In this document: in pieces, positions 1-11,218 of the stretch
How the letters are laid out: each line of letters opens with the position of its first letter
How positions within the stretch are numbered: the first letter of the stretch is position 1
NCBI RefSeq assembly: GCF_046119375.1
Contig: NW_027362763.1
Coordinates: forward strand, 97,650,001-97,714,000
Source: Phyllobates terribilis
Taxonomy: Eukaryota
DNA length: 64,000 nucleotides
Reading direction: 5' to 3'
The notes under the pieces: model-generated
The model's database searches: none
Told to the model about the DNA's origin: nothing
Seen by the model: only the letters and a program-made list of their open reading frames with translations
Position numbers and translations under genes: made by a program

Positions 1-3000
1 GACTATAATACTGTCCCCATGTACAAAAATATAACTACTATAATACTGCTCCCTATGTACAAGAATATAACTACTATAATACTTTGCCTATGTAAAAGAA
101 TATAACTACTATAATACTGCTCCCTATGTGCAAGAATATAACTACTATAATACTGATCCTATGTACAAGAATATAACTACTATAATACTGCTCATATGTA
201 CAAGAATATAACTACTATAATACTGCTCCTATGCATCAAAATATAACTACTATAATACTGCTCCTATGCATCAAAATATAACTACTATAATACTGTCCCC
301 ATGTACAAAAATATAACTACTATAATACTTTGCCTATGTACAAGAATATAACTACCATAATACTGCTCCCTATGTACAAGAATATAGCTACTATAATACT
401 GATCCTATGTACAAGAATATAACTACTATAATACTGCTCATATGTACAAGAATATAACTACTATAATACTGCCCCCTATGTACAAGAATATAACTACTAT
501 AATACTGCCCCTATGTACAAGAATATAACTACTATAATACTGCCCCATATGTACAAGAATATAACTACTATAATACTACTCCTAAGTACAAGAAAATAAC
601 TACTATAATACTGTCCCCTATGTACAAGAATATAACTACAATAATACTGCCCCCTATATAGAGGAATATAACTACTATAATACTGCTCATATGTACAAGA
701 ATATAACTACTATAATACTGCCCCCTATGTACAAGAATATAACTACTATAATACTGCCCCTATGTACAAGAATATAACTACTATAATACTGCCCCATATG
801 TACAAGAATATAACTACTATAATACTACTCCTAAGTACAAGAAAATAACTACTATAATACTGTCCCCTATGTACAAGAATATAACTACAATAATACTGCC
901 CCCTATATAGAGGAATATAACTACTGTAATACTGCTTCTACGTACAGTTATATAATTATTATAATACTGCTCCTATGCATCAAAATATAACGACTAATAC
1001 TGTCCCCATGTACAAAAATATAACTACTATAATACTGCTCCCTATGTACAAGAATATAACTACTATAATACTGCTCCTATATACAAGAATATAACTACTA
1101 TAATACTGGTCCTATGTACAAGAATATAACTACTATAATACTGCCCCCTATGTACAAGAATATAACTACTATAATACTGCCCCCTATGTACAAGAATATA
1201 ACTACTATAATACTGCTCCCCATGTACAAGAATATAACTACTATAATACTGCTCCTATGTACAAGAGTATAACTACTATAATACTGCTCCTATGTACAAG
1301 AATATAACTACTGTAATACTGCCCCTATGTACAAGAATATAACTACTATAATACTGCTCCTATGTACAACAATATAACTACTATAATACTGCCCCCTATG
1401 TACATGAATATAACTACTATAATACTGCTCCTATGTACAAGAATATAACTACTATAATACTGCTCCCTATGTACAAGAATATAACTACTATAATACTGCC
1501 CCTATGTACAAGAATATAACTACTATAATACTGCTCCCTATGTACAAGAATATAACTACTATAATACTGATCCTATGTACAAGAATATAACTACTATAAT
1601 ACTGATCCTATGTACAAGAATATATCTACTATAATACTACTCCCATGTACAAGAATATCACTACAATAACACTGCCCCCTATATAGAGGAATATAACTAC
1701 AATAATATCGCTTCTATGTACAGGAATATAGTTACTATAATACTGCTCCTATGCATCAAAATATAACGACTATAATACTGTCCCCATGTACAAAAATATA
1801 ACTACTATAATACTGCTCCCTACGTACAAGAATATAACTACTATAATACTTTGCCTATGTAAAAGAATATAACTACTATAATACTGCTCCCTATGTGCAA
1901 GAATATAACTACTATAATACTGATCCTATGTACAAGAATATAACTACTATAATACTGCTCATATGTACAAGAATATAACTACTATAATACTGCTCCTATG
2001 CATCAAAATATAACTACTATAATACTGCTCCTATGCATCAAAATATAACTACTATAATACTGTCCCCATGTACAAAAATATAACTACTATAATACTTTGC
2101 CTATGTACAAGAATATAACTACTATAATACTTTGCCTATGTAAAAGAATATAACTACTATAATACTGCTCCCTATGTGCAAGAATATAACTACTATAATA
2201 CTGATCCTATGTACAAGAATATAACTACTATAATACTGCTCATATGTACAAGAATATAACTACTATAATACTGCTCCTATGCATCAAAATATAACTACTA
2301 TAATACTGCTCCTATGCATCAAAATATAACTACTATAATACTGTCCCCATGTACAAAAATATAACTACTATAATACTTTGCCTATGTACAAGAATATAAC
2401 TACCATAATACTGCTCCCTATGTACAAGAATATAGCTACTATAATACTGATCCTATGTACAAGAATATAACTACTATAATACTGCTCATATGTACAAGAA
2501 TATAACTACTATAATACTGCCCCCTATGTACAAGAATATAACTACTATAATACTGCCCCTATGTACAAGAATATAACTACTATAATACTGCCCCATATGT
2601 ACAAGAATATAACTACTATAATACTGCTCCTAAGTACAAGAAAATAACTACTATAATACTGTCCCCTATGTACAAGAATATAACTACAATAATACTGCCC
2701 CCTATATCGAGGAATATAACTACTATAATACTGCTTCTACGTACAGTTATATAATTATTATAATACTGCTCCTATGCATCAAAATATAACGACTATAATA
2801 CTGTCCCCATGTACAAAAATATAACTACTATAATACTGCTCCCTATGTACAAGAATATAACTACTATAATACTGCTCCTATATACAAGAATATAACTACT
2901 ATAATACTGGTCCTATGTACAAGAATATAACTACTATAATACAGCTCCCCATGTACAAGAATATAACTACTATAATACTGCTCCTATGTACAAGAATATA

Positions 3001-4854
3001 ACTACTATAATACTGCCCCCTATGTACAAGAATATAACTACTGTAATACTGCCCCTATGTACAAGAATATAACTACTATAATACTGCTCCTATGTACAAC
3101 AATATAACTACTATAATACTGCCCCCTATGTACATGAATATAACTACTATAATACTGCTCCTATGTACAAGAATATAACTACTATAATACTGCCCCTATG
3201 TACAAGAATATAACTACTATAATACTGCCTCCTATGTACAAGAATATAAGTACTATAATACTGCTCCTATATACAATATAACTACTATAATACTGCCCCC
3301 TATGTACAATAATATAACTACTATAATACTGCCCCTATGCACAAGAATATAACTACTATAATACTGCTCCCTATGTACAAGAATACAACTACTATAATAC
3401 TGCTCCCTATGTACAAGAATATAACTACTATAATACTGATCCTATGTACAAGAATATAACTACTATAATACTGCTCATATGTACAAGAATATAACTACTA
3501 TAATACTGCCCCTATATAGAGGAATATAACTACTATAATACTGCTCCTATGCATCAAAATATAACTACTATAATACTGTCCCCATGTACAAAAATATAAC
3601 TACTATAATACTTTGCCTATGTACAAGAATATAACTACTATAATACTGCTTCCTATGTACAAGAATATAACTACTATAATACTGATCCTATGTACAAGAA
3701 TATAACTACTATAATACTGCTCATATGTACAAGAATATAACTACTATAATACAGCCCCCTATGTACAAGAATATAACTACTATAATACTGCTCCTATGTA
3801 CAAGAATATAACTACTATAATACTGCTCCTATGTACAAGAATATAACTACTATAATACTGCTCCTATGTACAAGAATATAACTACTATAATACTGCCCCT
3901 ATGTACAAGAATATAACTACTATAATACTGCCCCCTATGTACAAGAATATAACTACTATAATACTGCCCCTATGTACAAGAATATAACTACTATAATACT
4001 GCCCCCTATGTACAAGAATATAACTACTATAATACTGCTCCTAAGTACAAGAAAATAACTACTATAATACTGCCCTTATGTACAAGAATATAACTACTAT
4101 AATACAGCTCCTATGTACAAGAATATAACTACTATAATACTGCTCCTATGTACAAGAATATAACTACTATAATACTGCTCCTATGTACAAGAATATAACT
4201 ACTATAATACTGCCCCTATGTACAAGAATATAACTACTATAATACTGCCCCCTATGTACAAGAATATAACTACTATAATACTGCCCCTATGTACAAGAAT
4301 ATAACTACTATAATACTGCCCCCTATGTACAAGAATATAACTACTATAATACTGCTCCTAAGTACAAGAAAATAACTACTATAATACTGCCCTTATGTAC
4401 AAGAATATAACTACTATAATACAGCTCCTATGTACAAGAATATAACTACTATAATACTGCTCCTATGTACAAGAATATACCTACTATAATACTGCTCCTA
4501 TGTACAAGAATATAACTACTATAATACTGCCCCCTATGTACAAGAATATAACTACTATAATACTGCCCCTATGTACAAGAATATAACTACTATAATACTG
4601 CCCCCTATGTACAAGAATATAACTACTATAATACTGCCCCCTATGTACAAGAATATAACTACTATAATACTGCTCCTAAGTACAAGAAAATAACTACTAC
4701 AATACTGCCCTTATGTACAAGAATATAACTACTATAATACAGCTCCTATGTACAAGAATATAACTACTATAATACTGCTCCTATGTACAAGAATATACCT
4801 ACTATAATACTGCTCCTATGTACAAGAATATAACTACTATAATACTGCCTCCTA
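1..4854. repeat. 35/36-bp AT-rich satellite array (left block; continues beyond window start)
   Basis: Head-to-tail monomer atgtacaagaatataactactataatactg(ctcct|cccct|ccccct) read directly. Recurring variant monomers (tatagagg, tgcatcaaaat, tttgcc, tgatcc, taagtacaagaaaat) appear in fixed orders. Confidence 0.98.
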
Positions 4855-4885
4855 GCTGTGAGGACGTGTCTGAGTAGCTCTCCTG

Positions 4886-7597
4886 ATGTCTGGAGCAAGC
4901 CCGGGGAGGGGCCACCCTGGGCGGGGAAGCCCCCCAAGCAAGGCCCAGGCTTCCCGACCTACACTGGGAGACAACTTCCAGGCTTCTTCTAATGGGAATA
5001 CAAATCCCAGAGTCATCGTTAAGCAATGCAAAGCAACAAGAAAAAGCTCCACTGTTTCCAAGAAGGAAAAAAGCAAAGTGAATGTGAGTAAAGTTATGGA
5101 AGGAACAGCAGCTGCAGTTACAGCAAAGAAACCTGAAGTGAAACTGTCAGTAAGTAAAGAAATGCAGCAAAGTCCAAAAACAAGTAATTCCCCAAAGGAA
5201 TCTTCTGTCAGTAAACAGAGGCAGCCTGGTGCAGAGAAGGTGAGGCAGCTCCCATCACCGGCCTCAGGTGTGCAGCTCACTCCTCCACACAGGCAGAGAC
5301 GGACATCTCTGGAGAGGCAGACATTGCAAGAAAACCTGCAGCAGCAAGACACGGTGACCGGCATGGCGCGCTCAGGTCGCACAAGGGCACAGGCGAGTGG
5401 CAGCAGTAAGAGTGCTGTGGAGCCCGGAGCCAGCAGTGGTACCATAAAGTCATCTGTGGTAAAACCAAAGGAGACCTCTGTGTTCAAAAACCCAGAGCCA
5501 TTGTCCAAGCCTCAGAAGGAGACGGCGCGTGCACCCGAGCTGCAGCTGGCAGAGGAGATACCTGGCCTGGTAAAGAAGATGGGTGAGTTACAGCAGCAAA
5601 GACAAATGCTGCAAATGGAGATTGATGTTATCTATAAACTGAAGGCTGCTAATCCTGACAGTAATGCTATGTGTGACCAGAGACTTTACTCACTGGGTGT
5701 GGAGCTGGCGAATGTGGTCAGGGACATAGACTGTATCCTGGAGAGGATGGGGCCCCTGGCAGAGACCTACAGAAACCGGGAGCAGTTCACCTCTCACAAG
5801 CAGGACTTTGTTGTGGAGTCCAGGACCTCTGATGCTGGATTAGGGTCAGAGACTGTACAGGATGAACCCCTGAAGCAGCAGACACGACCTGTGTTACAAG
5901 CTGCACGTTTCTGTTTCCAGGAGGGACAAATACTGCAGCAGCAGCAGACTGTAGCTGAGCCTGAGCAGCAACATGTACCTCAGAATCCAGTAGAGGCACC
6001 ACAAGTCCCAGAATGCTCAACACAAGAGCAGGACATTGCATGTATGATTGTGTGTATTGATGGTGCACAGCACAGCCCTAATGCTGATGCACAGGCTGGG
6101 GATGACCCCACTTTACCCAGGGGCTCTGAGGCTGGAGGGGGCTCGCAGTCTGTGGTGGATGTCACATTGCCTCATAAAGATATTGTGGTTGATAATAATG
6201 TGTGTGATTTTCCCCCTTTGATACCTAATGCACAAGAGGTGACAGGTCCCCCTGCAGCGGACCCTCCCCCTGTTAGTCAGCCCAGTGTGACCCCACAGGT
6301 TCCCCACAGTAATGCCTGGAGCCGTGGTGCTCCGTCCTTCACCTCTGGCACCAACTATACCGGCCAGGCCTTCAAAAGAAGGAACGTGGTGCGATTTAAG
6401 CATAGAGGTCTCAAGGAGGATCTGCCGGACAGGAGGTTTGTGGTCAGGGAGCTACTGTGCCGTCAGATGGGGTTTGCGCCATTAAATATCTTTGCAGTAA
6501 TTAATCTTCCAGACAGACAGGGATATGATGTCAGTTTTAAAATCATGCCTGATCTGGACAGATTCTGGGCTAATTTCCCTAAGTTCAGGGACACGGATGG
6601 ATGGAACAAATTTATCTTTGTTCCCATTTCCAGGCCAGATACAGTCACTGTAAATATCATCTTCTGGAATGAGGCTGTTCCCCCGCAGGACATTGTGGTG
6701 TGGCTCCGGAGGCATTGTGACCTCGTCTCTGACCTCACCAAGAATCGTGACGTTGATGGTATCTGGACGGGAGGGTGGAAGGTCCTGGTGAAGCTGCGCC
6801 AGTGTAACAATGTCACTGCCCACTTACCCAACTCCTTCTTCATTGGGCGGGAGAAAGGTGTTTGCTTCTATCCTGGGCAGCCTCGTAAGTGTTTTAAATG
6901 TGGCAAAGCGGGTCACCTGGCAAATTCCTGTACTGTGGTCAAGTGCAGTCTGTGCGGGGAAGTCGGCCATGTAGCTGCAGACTGCCAGAATATAAGGTGT
7001 AACCTGTGTGGGAAGATCGGCCACCCTCACAAGGACAGTCCCGATGCTTGGCATAACATCTGCAGGGACTTTCCTGATGAGGATTTGGTGGTAGGAGCAG
7101 AGGCTCAGGAGGAGGAGGCCTTAATGTCAGGGGAGATACTCACTAGATCAGAGGTCCACCAAGGGTCAGACCATGTAACACCAGAGCAGCAGTGTGAAGA
7201 GGGTGCACAGGGGAGCATGGAGGTTGTCCTTCAAGGCCAGCCGCCCCAAGAGGCCTGCACATCTGTATCACCATCTCTACCTGATAATAGTAACAGCAAG
7301 CAGACCAAAAGGAGGAAAAAAGACACGTCCTCCCGTAAACCCGAGGAACAATATGATGCTGACCATAAAGCCAAGAAAAAAGTCAGCAGTGGTGTTGGTG
7401 TGATGGTCGTATCTAACAGATATGAAGTTCTATCTGAGTCAGATGGAGATTTTGATCAGGAATTGAAAAGAATAGAGGCCGAGTGTGAGAGGGAAACAGA
7501 GGACCCTCCGCCTACAAAGCGGAAACCCTTACCTATAGACTCTAATGTAGCGTCAGACATGGAGACCAGTAGTGGACAGAACACCTCTGAGTTATGA
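4886..7597 (+). CDS. ORF1p (903 aa): low-complexity N-terminus, putative coiled coil, ZCCHC3-like nucleic-acid-binding region with three CX2CX4HX4C knuckles (third ends in Ser)
   Basis: CFKCGKAGHLANSC, CSLCGEVGHVAADC, CNLCGKIGHPHKDS, preceded by FYPGQPRK. An in-frame TGA lies upstream at 4871. Confidence 0.9.
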   Translation: MSGASPGRGHPGRGSPPSKAQASRPTLGDNFQASSNGNTNPRVIVKQCKATRKSSTVSKKEKSKVNVSKVMEGTAAAVTAKKPEVKLSVSKEMQQSPKTSNSPKESSVSKQRQPGAEKVRQLPSPASGVQLTPPHRQRRTSLERQTLQENLQQQDTVTGMARSGRTRAQASGSSKSAVEPGASSGTIKSSVVKPKETSVFKNPEPLSKPQKETARAPELQLAEEIPGLVKKMGELQQQRQMLQMEIDVIYKLKAANPDSNAMCDQRLYSLGVELANVVRDIDCILERMGPLAETYRNREQFTSHKQDFVVESRTSDAGLGSETVQDEPLKQQTRPVLQAARFCFQEGQILQQQQTVAEPEQQHVPQNPVEAPQVPECSTQEQDIACMIVCIDGAQHSPNADAQAGDDPTLPRGSEAGGGSQSVVDVTLPHKDIVVDNNVCDFPPLIPNAQEVTGPPAADPPPVSQPSVTPQVPHSNAWSRGAPSFTSGTNYTGQAFKRRNVVRFKHRGLKEDLPDRRFVVRELLCRQMGFAPLNIFAVINLPDRQGYDVSFKIMPDLDRFWANFPKFRDTDGWNKFIFVPISRPDTVTVNIIFWNEAVPPQDIVVWLRRHCDLVSDLTKNRDVDGIWTGGWKVLVKLRQCNNVTAHLPNSFFIGREKGVCFYPGQPRKCFKCGKAGHLANSCTVVKCSLCGEVGHVAADCQNIRCNLCGKIGHPHKDSPDAWHNICRDFPDEDLVVGAEAQEEEALMSGEILTRSEVHQGSDHVTPEQQCEEGAQGSMEVVLQGQPPQEACTSVSPSLPDNSNSKQTKRRKKDTSSRKPEEQYDADHKAKKKVSSGVGVMVVSNRYEVLSESDGDFDQELKRIEAECERETEDPPPTKRKPLPIDSNVASDMETSSGQNTSEL

Positions 7598-10500
7598 TGA
7601 CGGGTTCTACTTCTCTGCTCCTCTTATACTGTGTTCTTATGGCCGGATTTTCCCTAAAATTTACATCAAGTAATGTGAACAGCATTAAGGTGAGGAGGAC
7701 GAGACATGCGGTGTATGACCATCTGAGATACCTTGATGCAGATGTCTTTTTCCTACAGGAAACAAGATTGACATCTCTGGGGCTTATGAGAGAGGCTGAG
7801 AGGGAATGGAGATCTGGTCCGTCATTCTGGTCACTGGCTGTGGAGCCTTATGCCGGGGTCGCTATCCTGTTTAACACCAATAATGTGACTTTACATAGAA
7901 TGACGGAGGTGGTTATGGGAAGGTGTCTGGTCCTGGAAGCCACTGTTCAGGGTAGACGGCTCCGGCTTATTAACATCTATGGGCCTCAGACAGTGACTGA
8001 CAGGATCCAGCTGTTCAATAATGTGAAGCCATATCTCTTCACCTCTCTCCCGGTGGTGATGGCGGGTGACTTTAATGCCATAATGACATCTGGTGACAGT
8101 ATCTCAGGCAGGACAGTGACCAGGGATGGCAAAGTCTTAAAAAGCATAATTTTGCAGACCGGACTGACTGACGCTTTTACGCAAAGAGGTCGGACGCCAA
8201 AATTTACTTACTCATGTTCCAACAGAAGTAGTAGGATAGATTTGGCTTTTGTGAGTCCTACTGAAGTTGTCAGTGCCATCAGTGAGAAAACCGTTCCTTT
8301 CTCTGATCACCTTGCCTTGTGTTTCTGCCTGGGGGCCACTAACCGTCCTGACATCGGTAGAGGGTTGTGGAAGCTAAACTCCAGCCTCCTGGATGACATG
8401 CATGTTCGGAGTTGTGTCCACTTCCTTTTTCAGGGTCATTTACAGAGGGTAGATTTCTATGACAACATGGCCGACTGGTGGGAGGACGTCAAGGATGATA
8501 TCAGATCCCTCTTGAAGAGACTGTCAGTTAATAAAGGGAGGAACAAGTACAGCCAGTACCTAAGACTGCGTAAGGAATTGGAGTAACTCTATTCGGCGGG
8601 CGGGGATGACAAAGAGAGGATTGACCGGCTGAAATCTGAGATAAGGCAGTATCAGTACAGCAGGTATACCTCCCTGGTTCTTGAGCGGGATTATGGGACC
8701 TTGGGGGCACCTGATCCCTTTGAGAATTGCCGGGAGCGGGTGGCTAATAAAATGGTCACAGGTCTCACCAACTCCCAGGGTGTATTGCAGGAATCTCGGG
8801 AGGGTATCCTGGGGGTCGTGAGATCTTATTATACTGACTTGTTTCAGAGGAAAGTTTTGGATAAAGACAAGATGGCTCAATTCTTGGAGGCAACTCCAAT
8901 GCCTGACACTAACGATCTGGACTTTTCTCCTTTGACAGCAGAATTAACGGTGCAGGAAGTTAAGGAGGCCATTAATAAGTTACATCTGAAGAAGGCACCA
9001 GGTCCAGATGGTTTAACAGCAGAATTCTGTAAGAAATTCAGAGACCTCCTGGCTCCAATTCTTGTGGATGTTTACAAAAATTGTCTAGAAAATCACCTGA
9101 TGCCTCCATCCATGAGAGTGTCTTCGTTAATTCTCCTGTCTAAAGGTAAAGAGCCAAGCGACATCAAGAACTGGAGGCCGATTGCCCTCTTGAATGTAGA
9201 CAGGAAGATTCTGGCAAAGATCCTGTTTTCTAGGTTAGTTTGTTTGTCCCCGGCATTGTTGGCAGGCTCTCAGTTTGGCACAGTAAAAGGGCGGAATATC
9301 TCTGGAGCAGTCATCTCGATACGGGAGATGTTTGAGAGATGTAAAGTTCTGCGGTGTGGGAGATATGTTGTCAGTCTGGACCAGGCTAAAGCCTTTGACA
9401 GGGTTGATCACGATTATCTGTGGGCCACTTTGTCAAAGTACGGTGTTCCGGGACAATTCGTGGATTGGCTGAAGACTTTGTATAGAGAGGCGGTGAGCTT
9501 TCCTCTGATTAATGGTTGGCAGGGTGATACTTTTGGAGTTGAGGCAGGGGTGAGACAGGGCTGCCCGCTCAGTCCGCTCCTGTATGTTTTTGCCATAGAC
9601 CCGTTTTTGAGGTCACTACAGGAGTGTGACTTTCAGGGGGTGCCGGTCCCCCACTGCTTGCCTCTGACTGTTGTCGCCTACGCGGATGATGTGACGTTGG
9701 TGATATCTGATCCTCATGAGGTGCTGATGTTATCGGCGGCAATCAGAAGCTACTCGGAGGCCTCTGGGTCTCTGGTCAATCTTGAAAAGAGTCAAGCTCT
9801 GTGGACATTGGATTCTGAACCAGGCTTTGATCTGCCACAGTTTGCCAAAGCCTCCACCCATATTAAGATCCTAGGGGTTAAATTTGGGAGGGATGATAAT
9901 GGCAAGCTAAATTGGGAAGAGAAATTGGAAACCGGAAATGCAAAGGTTCAGCGATGGAAGAACTGGAGGCTGACCTACAGAGAAAGGGTCGCTATGTTGA
10001 AGACTTACTTGGTTCCCGTCTTCTTGTACGTCTCTGTTATTTTTCCTTTGCCAGAATCTTTCTCGGCGAGGCTCCTCAGCCTGTTCTTCCAACTCTTGTG
10101 GGGGAATAGGTTGAACCCAGTAAAAAGAGGGATTACTTACCTGCAGCGGAGAGAGGGTGGGCTGGATATGCTAAATCCGAGGGTCTTCTTTGACTCCATG
10201 TTTATGAAAGTTAATTTTGGTAACCTGGATTCAAGTGCCCTGTGGGTAAATAGTATCAGGGATTGGATATTGCCTTTTGCAGAGTCTTGGGTGCGAGGCG
10301 GCAGTCTCAAGAGGAGGAGATGGACAGGTGACCACCTCCCCCAGTATCTGGAATATGGTCTCAGGTGTCTGAAGAAGTGGGGAGCAGAGAAGTATGAAAT
10401 TGAGAATAAGACCAGGAAGGACCTGTATGTCAGGATATGCCGGACTTTCTTTTGTGTGCAGCCTGCACTGAGAGACTGCACAACTACCACCTTGCTGGAA

Positions 10501-11001
10501 AGTCTGAGGTTTCTCAATGCAGTGAGACTCCCAGCTAAGTTTTTTGACATCGCCTGGCTGTCGCTACATGGAAGACTATATGTTCGGGGTAACCTTAAGT
10601 ACCTTAGTGTGTCAGATCGAATGTGTCCCCTGGGCTGTCAGCAAGAAGAGACAATGGCACATTTTATAACGGAGTGCTGGGGCGGGAGGAAAATATGGGA
10701 GGAAATATCTTGTAAGTTAAAAGTCCCAAGACTGCTGACCCTAAAATACCCAGATATCATCTATGGTGTCCCATCTACTGTAAGTAACATTGACCGGGGG
10801 ACCATGTATCTGATAATAACAGTCATAAAATACTATCACTGGCATACGAGAACCCGCGTCTCCATCAGCAGTGAACCCTTCCATCACACCGCAGCCGTGA
10901 GCCTGATCCTGTCTGAATTGAGGTGTATAAAATGTCTAGAGATCAGGAAAAATGGTAAAAACAAAACATTATGGAGGAATGTACACATGGATTATTGTTG
11001 A
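7594..11001 (+). pseudogene. ORF2p (APE endonuclease-RT-CCHC) interrupted by one in-frame TAA at 8584-8586
   Basis: EN motifs NVNS, QET, IYGP, GDFN, RID, SDH. RT motifs DQAKAFDRV, GVRQGCPLSP, YADD. Terminal CPLGCQQEETMAHFITEC. Track ORFs 7594-8586 and 8701-11001 are in the same frame and the sequence between them is open (LYSAGGDDKERIDRLK...). Confidence 0.92.
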
Positions 11002-11218
11002 TATACAATAACAAATCAATTTTTGTTGGTTAATCGTTTCATTTTTTTTTTCCTCTCGCCCTATTTCGAGAGCAATGGACTTGAGCTAATTCTACTGTAA
11101 TATTTTCATGTTATTAGATTTTTATTGTTTTTGTTTCTGTTGAATGATTATGGTTTTGCTTTTGTTTTTTGATCGGATTGTATTGTAATATGTACTGTTT
11201 GTTTTTTACTAATAAAAA

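Larger units (their letters stand above)
4855..11218 (+). mobile_element. Full-length Tx1/L1-clade non-LTR retrotransposon, copy 1
   Basis: 31-nt 5' UTR, ORF1 with CCHC knuckles, ORF2 with APE endonuclease + RT + C-terminal CCHC, and a T-rich ~217-nt 3' UTR ending AATAAAAA. Sharp junctions to satellite on both sides. Clade assignment comes from protein motifs, not a tree. Confidence 0.93.

Noticed and set aside
4852-10550. Minus-strand ORFs overlapping the retrotransposon (218 aa, 126 aa, 137 aa, etc.)
   Set aside because: Antisense shadows of ORF1/ORF2 with no recognisable domains.
8701-11001. Stand-alone 766-aa RT gene starting at 8701
   Set aside because: The start codon is TTG, and the ORF is the in-frame continuation of ORF2 after the TAA.
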